This document shows positions 38,399 through 46,384 of a DNA stretch of 64,000 bases, one piece after another. The stretch lies in the NCBI GenBank assembly GCA_964522435.1, contig CAZFUL010000002.1, positions 44,631 to 108,630 of the forward strand. Direction: 5' to 3'. A program made the position numbers and the translations under genes. The stretch comes from an uncultured Gammaproteobacteria bacterium. GTDB taxonomy: Bacteria; Patescibacteriota; Patescibacteriia; Magasanikbacterales; UBA922. The stretch's first letter is position 1, and the number at the start of each line of letters is the position of its first letter. Below the pieces are notes generated by a model. That model was not told the DNA's origin. It saw only the letters and a program-made list of their open reading frames with translations, and ran no database searches.

Positions 38399-38469
38399 TC
38401 GGGGATCGTCTAACGGTAGGACTCTAGGTTTTGGTCCTAGTTATCGGGGTTCGAATCCCTGTCCCCGAG
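38399..38469 (+). tRNA. tRNA-Gln (anticodon UUG)
   Basis: TCGGGGATCGTCTAACGGTAGGACTCTAGGTTTTGGTCCTAG...GGGGTTCGAATCCCTGTCCCCGAG. Anticodon loop TTTTGGT. Confidence 0.7.
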
Positions 38470-38576
38470 CAAAATATAAATACACCCATATGGGTGTATT
38501 TATATTTATGATAGTGAAAGGGATTCGAAGGGCGCGAGAGCCCCGACTAAATGTCGGGGCGGTGCGCAGCGCCCCG

Positions 38577-38593
38577 GTACCCGAACGGAGTGA
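38577..38593 (+). repeat. 17-nt direct repeat of the tRNA-Gln 3' end, AATCCCTGTCCCCGAGC
   Basis: Exact copy of 38453-38469, about 110 nt downstream of the tRNA. The intervening segment is GC-rich and carries hairpins. Confidence 0.6.
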
Positions 38594-38605
38594 GGGGGAA
38601 TCCCT

Positions 38606-38634
38606 GTCCCCGAGCTAAAACAAAAAGCGGCCAA
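38606..38634 (+). terminator. Rho-independent terminator
   Basis: AAAAAGCGGCC-AACA-GGCCGCTTTTTG. Confidence 0.7.
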
Positions 38635-38727
38635 CAGGCCGCTTTTTGTTTATATACATTTGACACATTTTCTCAGCGGGTGTAATATCCCCTATAGGGG
38701 GATATATAATAAATTATTTTTATTTCT

Positions 38728-38994
38728 ATGTATAAACCAAAAAATGAAAAAGAACGAATTACGCATCGACTAAAAATTTCTTTTGGTCATATGAAAAAAA
38801 TTTTAACCATGGTAGAAGATGGTGCCTATTGCGTTGATGTTATTCATCAATCGAAAGCGGTGCAAAAAGCACTCAAAGAAGTCGATCATCTTATTTTAGA
38901 AAATCACCTTAATACTTGTGCTGCAGACGCCATAAGAGATGGAGAAGAAAAAAAAGCGATTGAAGAAATTATGGGCATTATAAGAAAAACGTAA
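38728..38994 (+). CDS. csoR: CsoR/RcnR-family metal-sensing transcriptional repressor
   Basis: 88-aa all-helical protein with Cys/His ligand positions (YCVDVIHQ ... NTCAAD). Precedes a copper ATPase. Confidence 0.7.
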   Translation: MYKPKNEKERITHRLKISFGHMKKILTMVEDGAYCVDVIHQSKAVQKALKEVDHLILENHLNTCAADAIRDGEEKKAIEEIMGIIRKT

Positions 38995-39022
38995 TCCTAT
39001 CGTATCGTTTACTTACTTAATC

Positions 39023-41305
39023 ATGTATATGCTTTACAAAACACAAACGTTTTCTGTTAAGGGGATGCATTGCGCGTCATGCTCCAATATTATTCAAAGA
39101 AAGCTTAAGAAGATTGAAGGAGTAAGTAATGCAGAAGTAAATTATGGTACAGAAACAGCAACGGTTGCCTTTGATGAAAGTAAAACGAACTCGCATCATC
39201 TATCAGAAGCCATCAAACCTCTCGGGTACTCTCTGGTGATGGCCCAAACAGAAAATCATTCCGTACATGCAGGGGCAAACCAATCTAAAGAGGAAAAACA
39301 AAGAGAAATGAAAGATTTTAGAATAAAGGTTATGTCAGTAATTCCTTTGGCGATGTTTAGCATACTCCTAATGGCTTGGGATATATTTGGGCAACTAGAT
39401 ATACTTGCTGAACCATCTAACGTGCTAAAAGAATTTTTTCACCATCTTCTTCCCATTTTTGCAACCTATACGCTTTTTATTGTCGGTAAGCCATACATTC
39501 TTGGGGTATATCGTTTTTTGCGTTACGGTAAAGCAAACATGGATACCCTTATTGGTATTGGAACATTGGTCGCATTTTTGTATAGTTTTATTGTTTCAGC
39601 ATTTGAAGAATCACTTGCTCCGTATATTAATGTAGAGCACAGCTACTACGATGTTACGATCGTGGTTATTGCGTTTATCACTCTTGGAAAATATTTGGAG
39701 GCGACATCAAAGATTAAAACAGGTGATGCTATTGAAAAGCTTCTCAATCTTCAATCAAAAACTGCGCTTATTATCCGAGATGGACAGGAAATAGAAGTTC
39801 CTATTATTGATGTTAAACATGATGATAGTATTATTGTAAAACCTGCCTCAAGAGTTCCAGTGGATGGTGTTATTGTTGAAGGATCCTCTTTTATTGATGA
39901 ATCAATGATTACGGGTGAGCCTATGCCCGTGGAAAAAAAAATAGGGGATACGGTTGTTGCGGGCACGATGAATACGTCAGGAAGCTTCACCTTTAGCGTA
40001 ACAAAAGTTGGGTCAGAAACTTTTTTATCTTCTATTATTCGTATGGTTCAAGAGGCGCAAGGCAGTAAGGCGCCAATTCAAGCATTGGCAGATAAAATTT
40101 CTTCTGTCTTTGTACCTATAGTAATGGTGCTTTCATGTGTTGCACTTGCGCTGTGGCTGCTTATTGGGACACAATATGTTGGTTTTTCACAAGCGCTTTC
40201 GTATGGGCTTACTTCTTTTGTTGGGATTCTTGTTATTGCCTGTCCTTGTGCCTTAGGTCTTGCAACCCCAACAGCCATAATAGTAGGTGTTGGAAAAGGT
40301 GCACGAGAAGGAATTCTTATTAAAGACGCTGCAACCCTTCAAAAATTTCATAAAGTAACTACTCTTTTGGTAGATAAAACAGGCACGATAACAAAAGGAA
40401 AACCCGAGGTGGTGTCAGTAAAAGCACTTGCTGATATGTCTGAAGAAAGAATTATTTCTACTCTTGCTGCTTTGGAATCTCGCTCAGAACACCCCATTGC
40501 ACATGCAATTATTTCTTATGCAAAAGAACGATCGCTTAACATATCAGAAGTTCAAGAGTTTGAACTCGTTAAAGGAAAAGGCATAACAGGAAACGTAGAG
40601 GGGGTTGTCTATGTTGCTGGAAATAGTACGCTCATTGCTGATACACATCTTTCATTTGATAAGACAGCATTTCTTGAAGAAACGAAGCAAGGAAAAACGC
40701 CTGTGATGTTGGCAAATAAAGAAAGCGTTTTGGGTATTGTTATGGTAGCAGATAAGATAAAGCCTGAAGCAAAAGATGCTGTTGAACAATTAGATCAGCT
40801 TGGGATAAAAGTTATTATGTTAACAGGTGATGATAAACATACCGCCCGTTTTATCGCTGATCAAGCAGGAATTGATGAAGTCGTTGCAGAAGTGTTGCCT
40901 CAAGACAAATTAGAAAAAATTAAAGAATTACAACAAAAAGGTGAAATTGTTGCTATGGCAGGAGATGGGGTGAATGATGCTCCAGCGCTTGCTCAAGCAG
41001 ATGTTGGAGTCGCTATGGCAACAGGAACCGATGTAGCAATTGAATCAGCAGGAATTACACTCCTACACGGAGACATGTCCAAGCTCGTCAAGGCGATAAA
41101 ACTTTCTAACATAACGATGCGAGGAATAAAACAAAATTTGTTTTGGGCGTTTATTTATAATATTATTGGTATACCCCTTGCTGCAGGATTGTTTTTTCCT
41201 GTCTTTGGGTGGCTTCTCAATCCTGTATTTGCTGGTGCGGCCATGGCCTTTAGTTCTGTTTCTGTTGTATTAAATTCTTTACGTTTAAAACAACGCAAGC
41301 TTTAA
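39023..41305 (+). CDS. copA: Copper-translocating P1B-type ATPase
   Basis: N-terminal HMA motif GMHCASCSN. Transmembrane CPC motif. DKTGTIT phosphorylation site. GDGVNDAPAL hinge. Confidence 0.9.
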   Translation: MYMLYKTQTFSVKGMHCASCSNIIQRKLKKIEGVSNAEVNYGTETATVAFDESKTNSHHLSEAIKPLGYSLVMAQTENHSVHAGANQSKEEKQREMKDFRIKVMSVIPLAMFSILLMAWDIFGQLDILAEPSNVLKEFFHHLLPIFATYTLFIVGKPYILGVYRFLRYGKANMDTLIGIGTLVAFLYSFIVSAFEESLAPYINVEHSYYDVTIVVIAFITLGKYLEATSKIKTGDAIEKLLNLQSKTALIIRDGQEIEVPIIDVKHDDSIIVKPASRVPVDGVIVEGSSFIDESMITGEPMPVEKKIGDTVVAGTMNTSGSFTFSVTKVGSETFLSSIIRMVQEAQGSKAPIQALADKISSVFVPIVMVLSCVALALWLLIGTQYVGFSQALSYGLTSFVGILVIACPCALGLATPTAIIVGVGKGAREGILIKDAATLQKFHKVTTLLVDKTGTITKGKPEVVSVKALADMSEERIISTLAALESRSEHPIAHAIISYAKERSLNISEVQEFELVKGKGITGNVEGVVYVAGNSTLIADTHLSFDKTAFLEETKQGKTPVMLANKESVLGIVMVADKIKPEAKDAVEQLDQLGIKVIMLTGDDKHTARFIADQAGIDEVVAEVLPQDKLEKIKELQQKGEIVAMAGDGVNDAPALAQADVGVAMATGTDVAIESAGITLLHGDMSKLVKAIKLSNITMRGIKQNLFWAFIYNIIGIPLAAGLFFPVFGWLLNPVFAGAAMAFSSVSVVLNSLRLKQRKL

Positions 41306-41314
41306 TTTTTATAT

Positions 41315-42307
41315 ATGGAAAATACTAATCTTATTGTTATTTTTATCACAGGACTTATTACGGGTGGATTAACCTGTCTTGCGACACAAGGAGGATTGTT
41401 AGCGAGTACTATTGCACAACGAGAAGAAGAACGCCTCAAAGAAGGAGTAACACAGGGGAATGCCAAACCAATCTTCTACTTTATACTAGCTAAACTTGTT
41501 GCGTATACGCTTTTAGGGTTTCTTTTGGGGTGGTTTGGGTCTCTTTTTCAACTCTCAATTAAAGCACAAGCCATTATGCAATTTGTGGTTGCAATTTTTA
41601 TGATCGGTACCGCGTTGAATCTTTTGAATGTTCATCCAATTTTCCGTTATGTTGTTATTCAGCCACCAAAATTTCTGACTCGTCTTGTGCGAAGTACCTC
41701 AAAGAGTAAAGACCTCTTTGCTCCAGCATTGCTTGGTGCGTTTACGGTATTTATTCCCTGTGGTACGACACAAGCCATGATGGCACTCTCTATTGGATCA
41801 GCAAGTCCACTCTATGGTGCGGCTATTCTTTTTGCCTTTGTCCTTGGAACCTCACCCTTGTTTTTTATTCTGGGGTACTTTGCGACAAAATTGGGTGATG
41901 CTTACCAAAAGAAATTTTTTAGGGTTGCGGCCGTTGCTATTATTCTTTTGGCATTATATAACGTAAAAGGTGCGCTTGTATTAAGTGGATTTAATATTGG
42001 GGGAGAGGCTAAAGCAGAGCTTTCAACACCAATTTCTACTAGTGATGAGGTTACGATCCAGGTTCAACCGTCTGGATACAGTCCAAATACTATATTTGTA
42101 AAAGCTGGATCCACAGTTACCTTGCATATTGAAAATGATGATGCATATACCTGTGCTCAGGCATTTACAATTCCCAAACTGGGTATTCAAGAAATAGTCG
42201 CTCCTGGTCAACAACGTACCATTGAGTTTACGGCGCCGTCGAAAGCGGGAAATATTGTTTTTTCTTGTAGTATGGGAATGTATAAAGGCATTATTACTGT
42301 TATATAA
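41315..42307 (+). CDS. Membrane permease (TauE/SafE-like) with a C-terminal cupredoxin-like metal-binding domain
   Basis: N-terminal polytopic region. The C-terminal about 90 aa has a beta sandwich with candidate Cu ligands H..C..H..M (TVTLHIEND...FSCSMGMYKG). Confidence 0.5.
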   Translation: MENTNLIVIFITGLITGGLTCLATQGGLLASTIAQREEERLKEGVTQGNAKPIFYFILAKLVAYTLLGFLLGWFGSLFQLSIKAQAIMQFVVAIFMIGTALNLLNVHPIFRYVVIQPPKFLTRLVRSTSKSKDLFAPALLGAFTVFIPCGTTQAMMALSIGSASPLYGAAILFAFVLGTSPLFFILGYFATKLGDAYQKKFFRVAAVAIILLALYNVKGALVLSGFNIGGEAKAELSTPISTSDEVTIQVQPSGYSPNTIFVKAGSTVTLHIENDDAYTCAQAFTIPKLGIQEIVAPGQQRTIEFTAPSKAGNIVFSCSMGMYKGIITVI

Positions 42308-42312
42308 TCTAT

Positions 42313-42528
42313 ATGGAAAAAAAGATTCAGATCAACATTGAGGGGATGCACTGTACCAGTTGTGCGATGAATATCGACGGGGAGCTTGAAGATATGGGAG
42401 TTAAAGAATCTAGTACAAATTATGCGAAAAGTAACGCAACGGTTACTTTTGATGAGAGTAAAATTTCTGAAGAAAGTATTGTGGAGGCTATCAAAAAATT
42501 AGGCTATCTAGCAAATATTTCAGAATAA
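42313..42528 (+). CDS. copZ: Copper chaperone CopZ (HMA domain)
   Basis: GMHCTSCAMNI metal-binding motif. 71 aa. Confidence 0.8.
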   Translation: MEKKIQINIEGMHCTSCAMNIDGELEDMGVKESSTNYAKSNATVTFDESKISEESIVEAIKKLGYLANISE

Positions 42529-42574
42529 AATTTTTTATTTAATTTAAATTATATTGAAAATCTTAAACAAAAAA

Positions 42575-42604
42575 CCCTGCACTAGAACGGTGCAGGGTTT
42601 TTTA
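42575..42604 (+). terminator. Rho-independent terminator of the cop operon
   Basis: CCCTGCAC-TAGAACG-GTGCAGGG followed by TTTTTT. Confidence 0.7.
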
Positions 42605-42713
42605 TCCTGTTTTCATTTTTATGACAACGAAGATTGATACAAATGAAAATGGGCTGGGGGAGAGTCCAGCTCTCCCACCCTCCTATTTTTTTGTGCAGTG
42701 GCTAATCCTGCGG

Positions 42714-43133
42714 CTAGCGGCGGCGCGTGAGTCCGAATTTGAAGAACTCCCACAGAATCGCGCCAAACACGTCATTGTGGATCTGGTGGATCTGCCGGCA
42801 TTCGCCAATCAGTCGCGGATGCGTGATGCTCTCGAAGCCCCGGGGCATCAAGAAGTCATCATCGGCGATGCCCGCCACGATGGCCGCGTCGAAGATGTCG
42901 GTGAACGCCGCTTCTTCCTGGTCGGAAGAAAGCCCCTGAAACAGCCGCTCCCAGGCCGTGAGCGCCTTGGCGCTGCTCCGTGAAAACACCCACGTCCAGA
43001 AGGTTGGTCTCGGCAGCGCGACCCAGCCCGCATCTGTCTTTGCTTGAGTGCTGATTGGAGGTCGCTGTTTCGGGAAGGTGCTGAAGTATTTCACCCTGTC
43101 CCCGTGGTTGATACCTGTGATCAGGAAGATCAT
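42714..43133 (-). CDS. Compositionally foreign small soluble protein (140 aa), unknown function
   Basis: Coding GC about 58%, CTG/GCC/CGC bias. Start MIFLITGINHGDR, preceded by CCAAGGAG. The upstream GTG-extended ORF was trimmed. No family recognised. Confidence 0.5.
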   Translation of the reverse strand: MIFLITGINHGDRVKYFSTFPKQRPPISTQAKTDAGWVALPRPTFWTWVFSRSSAKALTAWERLFQGLSSDQEEAAFTDIFDAAIVAGIADDDFLMPRGFESITHPRLIGECRQIHQIHNDVFGAILWEFFKFGLTRRR

Positions 43134-43174
43134 GCGTTGCTCCTTGGTGGATATGGCAGTATTGCCATGACCGC

Positions 43175-43203
43175 AGTACACAAAAAAAACGAGCTTTTGT
43201 CAA
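43175..43203 (-). promoter_or_regulatory. sigma70-like promoter for the foreign ORF at 43133-42714, TTGACA-N17-TGTACT
   Basis: Read on the minus strand. 5'UTR palindrome ATGGCA-GTAT-TGCCAT at 43153-43168. Immediately upstream is an array of CAATTAACA / TGTTAATTG repeats at 43205-43290. Confidence 0.4.
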
Positions 43204-43280
43204 GCCGAGCAATTAACATTTAACAATTAGCAATTAACAAATTTGTTTATTAATTATGTATCCTAAATCAACATCGTTTG

Positions 43281-43769
43281 TTAATTGATTTCCACAATAG
43301 TAAAAATTTTTTTATTGAATGTAATTGTTTCTCCCAATTTTTTGCCAAGTAATAGATTCCCCAAGGGAGAGGTATGAGAAATAATACCTTTTGCCGGATT
43401 CGTTTCTGCTGATCCTAAAATCGTATAGCTTCGTTGCTCTGCCGTATCACTCATGATAGTAACGGTATGACCAATCTGCACGCGGTTGTTGTCTTGTTGA
43501 GGAGAAATAATCTGCGCATGATTCAGTTGCGCCTCTAATTCTAAAATAGTCTGGTTGATTCCACGCAGCCGACCTTTGGCTAATTGATATTCAACGTTTT
43601 CAGAAAAATCACCCATCTCTGCTAGGCGACTTACTTCTTGTGCAGCAGCAGGGCGTTCTGCATAGAGGCGGTCTAATTTTTTTTGTAAGGCCTCAAATTT
43701 TTGCTGGCTTAATATATTATCCCGTGTTTGATGGGTGTATTTGCCAGGTTTGCGGTAAGGGAGTTGCAT
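43281..43769 (-). CDS. greA: Transcription elongation factor GreA
   Basis: N-terminal coiled-coil (EALQKKLDRL) and C-terminal FKBP-like domain. 162 aa. Confidence 0.8.
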   Translation of the reverse strand: MQLPYRKPGKYTHQTRDNILSQQKFEALQKKLDRLYAERPAAAQEVSRLAEMGDFSENVEYQLAKGRLRGINQTILELEAQLNHAQIISPQQDNNRVQIGHTVTIMSDTAEQRSYTILGSAETNPAKGIISHTSPLGNLLLGKKLGETITFNKKIFTIVEIN

Positions 43770-43777
43770 ACAATCGG

Positions 43778-45616
43778 TTACTGAACACTAATTCCTTTTT
43801 TTTGTCCAATGACATCTTCTGCAAGCGAGGTATCAATCCCACTGTGTTCTTGTACGATTTGTGTTTCAATAAAGGTGTCAAAGCCTTCTACTTGAATAGG
43901 TAATAGTAAGGGGAGTACTTTTCCGCGATCTGCTTCTGTTGGGGTAATCGCAAGTTCAATATTTGCACTCACGGTTTGTCCAGGGAGTATTTCGCGTAAA
44001 TCCCAGCGAATATATCTATTTGTTGCTGTATATTGCAGAGGTGTTCCGTGGCTGACACTATGACGATCTGTCCAGACTACCGTATTGGGAAGTCGGGTAG
44101 TTAATACCATATCACGTACCCGACTGGTGGTATTTTGTATTCTAATAATGGCCCAGTATTTTGTTTCTTTTCCTACTTGTGGCGGAAGAGGACCACGTCC
44201 TAATTGATCGCCTTCATTGGTATAGTAGCGGCTGGTTGCCATAATAGAGAGATGCGTGCCAACCATAACTGCATTGCTTGTCGCAGTTTTTTGAATGCGT
44301 CGTTGCTCTGCTATACCGCTTACTACGGCAGAAATAGTCGGAGAAAACGATAATCGAAGATTGTTACCACGTAATACGGTTCTGAGAGGAAGCACAATTT
44401 GTATTGTTTGTGAACTGCCTGGAGCAAGATTGGCTAATGCAGCAGAATGATTTTCTGTCATCACAAAGGTATTCCCTCTATAACTGCCAATATTTTCCTG
44501 ACGAAATGCGGTCATATTGATGTGCTCGTCGAGCGGCAGTTGTAATTCCAGTGCTTCAAACGCCTGGTCCCCAGTATTGGTGATATCAAGCGTGAGAATG
44601 GTCTGTTTTCCAGGAGAAAGAGCGGTATCTCCGACACGGGCTGCAATTTGTATGGCAGGGTGCACGACCTGAACGATTTGTTCAAAAGAATTTTGTGGAA
44701 TAGTCGTATTATTTACCAAAATGCTTGGAGTAATGCGTAGTGGGACAGCGGTGATGTCGTCTGAAACAGTAATGGTAACCTCCCCGCGAATCGTCACCGG
44801 GGTGTTTGGCGGGAGAAGGGGAATAGTAAGGGTATTGTTATCAATAACACCCAGAGTACTGGTAACGTTGCTCAATGTCATACCAGAACCAAGAAAAAGG
44901 GGTAATGAGAGTGCTGGAATAGCCGTGGATCCTTTGTGTTCTATGATAATAGCTATCGGGACTGGGGTGTTTGCAATAATGGTGGAAGGCAGGGTTGCTT
45001 GTATACTGAGCGCTGAGTCAGGGAGATTTTGCACAATACGGACAATTTTAATTTCTTCTTCAGTACGGCCTGGTTGGGTATACGAAAGAGTAGCGGTAAT
45101 ATGATCTTCTTCATTGGGAATGGCATAGATAATACCATCAACCGTAAATGCGGTTGACCCACCGGGAACAATATCGGTTATATGAATAACATGATCTTCT
45201 ATGTGAAATGTTTCTGGCAAGGTACTGCTATTAATAACAAAACCCGCAGGTAAGTTGAGGGCAACGCGAGGATTCACAAGCGTGACATCACTATTGTTTG
45301 TTATATGAAGCCGGTAGCTATTTGGTTCACCACTTTGAATGCGGTCTTGGTTACTCGTAAGTTCTAACCGCACGAGAGAGGTTACCGTGGGGTCATAGTG
45401 AAACCAAAAGATAGTACTGCCAATAAGAGCAACAATACTTGCAAGCAGTAAGAGGTCAAAGAAAAATAATTTTTTTGCATGACGAAAAGTAAGATGATAT
45501 TTTTGTTGATAGTGGCGTTCAGCTACATGCAGGGGAGAAGACAGGAATGCTAAAAACCATTTGTGTGGTGCATGAAACAGCTGGTGTTTGGTAAGGTGTT
45601 GTTCTACGTATTTCAT
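43778..45616 (-). CDS. Membrane-anchored cell-surface protein with DUF11 (CARDB-like) repeats
   Basis: N-terminal TM helix. Repeated ITNNSD/ITNTGD motifs characteristic of DUF11 repeats. 612 aa. Confidence 0.55.
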   Translation of the reverse strand: MKYVEQHLTKHQLFHAPHKWFLAFLSSPLHVAERHYQQKYHLTFRHAKKLFFFDLLLLASIVALIGSTIFWFHYDPTVTSLVRLELTSNQDRIQSGEPNSYRLHITNNSDVTLVNPRVALNLPAGFVINSSTLPETFHIEDHVIHITDIVPGGSTAFTVDGIIYAIPNEEDHITATLSYTQPGRTEEEIKIVRIVQNLPDSALSIQATLPSTIIANTPVPIAIIIEHKGSTAIPALSLPLFLGSGMTLSNVTSTLGVIDNNTLTIPLLPPNTPVTIRGEVTITVSDDITAVPLRITPSILVNNTTIPQNSFEQIVQVVHPAIQIAARVGDTALSPGKQTILTLDITNTGDQAFEALELQLPLDEHINMTAFRQENIGSYRGNTFVMTENHSAALANLAPGSSQTIQIVLPLRTVLRGNNLRLSFSPTISAVVSGIAEQRRIQKTATSNAVMVGTHLSIMATSRYYTNEGDQLGRGPLPPQVGKETKYWAIIRIQNTTSRVRDMVLTTRLPNTVVWTDRHSVSHGTPLQYTATNRYIRWDLREILPGQTVSANIELAITPTEADRGKVLPLLLPIQVEGFDTFIETQIVQEHSGIDTSLAEDVIGQKKGISVQ

Positions 45617-45717
45617 AAAAAAGGGGAGAGAAAAGAGTGATGCTAGTATAGCAGGTTTTTTAATAGAACTCGAAATATGCTATACTGTTCTGACAGAAAA
45701 GTAAAAAAGCCTCATGA

Positions 45718-46059
45718 TTATGAGGCTCTATCGGCTGATTCATCAGCGAGCGGGGGTGATGGTTTAACCAATTTTTTACTTGGAGAGTATAGTTTATTGT
45801 TAATATTCCATTTACTGACATATTGTCCTATACCGCTTTTATTGGTTTTGTTTCGAACAGTGGTTTTTTCTTGAGACCATTTGACCAGACTTTCAAAATG
45901 AATTTTATAGCGGCCAGCAACGACAATATAAATAACTTCTTCTTGTTTAATGGCGCGGCGAATCGTTTGTTGGCTTACGCCAAATAAGCGTGCTGCCTCT
46001 GAAATAGAGACACGGATCATTTCTTTTTGAGAATCATTGGATAAAGAGGCGTGATTCAT
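45718..46059 (-). CDS. HTH DNA-binding protein (excisionase/MerR-like HTH), candidate local regulator
   Basis: VSISEAARLFGVSQQTIRRAIKQEEV helix-turn-helix. Start trimmed to MNHASL, because the upstream extension is encoded by the operator palindrome. Confidence 0.5.
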   Translation of the reverse strand: MNHASLSNDSQKEMIRVSISEAARLFGVSQQTIRRAIKQEEVIYIVVAGRYKIHFESLVKWSQEKTTVRNKTNKSGIGQYVSKWNINNKLYSPSKKLVKPSPPLADESADRAS

Positions 46060-46064
46060 AGAAA

Positions 46065-46090
46065 GTTTGTATATACTAGCGTATACAAAC
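46065..46090. promoter_or_regulatory. Operator-like perfect palindrome GTTTGTATA-N8-TATACAAAC
   Basis: A 9-bp perfect inverted repeat. A second site at 46141-46168 has the same half-sites, TTTTTGTATA-N8-TATACAAAAA. Confidence 0.5.
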
Positions 46091-46140
46091 ATATCATAGT
46101 ATCGAGTGTTTGTCAAGCAGTTTTTATGAGCGGTATGTAG

Positions 46141-46168
46141 TTTTTGTATAGACTAGTGTATACAAAAA
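46141..46168. promoter_or_regulatory. Second operator-like palindrome, TTTTTGTATA-N8-TATACAAAAA
   Basis: Same TTGTATA/TATACAA half-sites as 46065-46090, about 50 bp away. Lies between the HTH gene and the ECF sigma gene. Confidence 0.5.
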
Positions 46169-46352
46169 TGTCATTTCACCCGAGTACACGAATAGACTTG
46201 ATGGCTGTTTTCCTTCCGTGATGTACGCAGCAACGAACAAAAAATATGGTATAGTAGCCCTCGTAACCTTGATTATTTCGCTGTTTTCTGCTAAGATTTA
46301 CGCGATTTGGCGCAGACGTATCTTTATTGAATATCGTGAGATTGATTAAAGT

Positions 46353-46378
46353 GTAACATTTTTCTTAAATCCCCGTCT
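46353..46378 (+). promoter_or_regulatory. ECF-sigma-type promoter, TGTAAC-N15-CGTC, directly upstream of the ECF sigma gene
   Basis: Matches the Bacillus sigX/sigM/sigW-type -35 (T)GAAC/GTAAC and -10 CGTC. The position implies autoregulation and a very short leader. Confidence 0.4.
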
Positions 46379-46384
46379 TCTTAT

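Noticed and set aside
42621-42983. Plus-strand 120-aa ORF inside the high-GC island C
   Set aside because: It is an Arg/Ala/Pro-rich shadow frame, antisense to the better-supported minus-strand ORF that has a strong ribosome-binding site. It has no ribosome-binding site or promoter.
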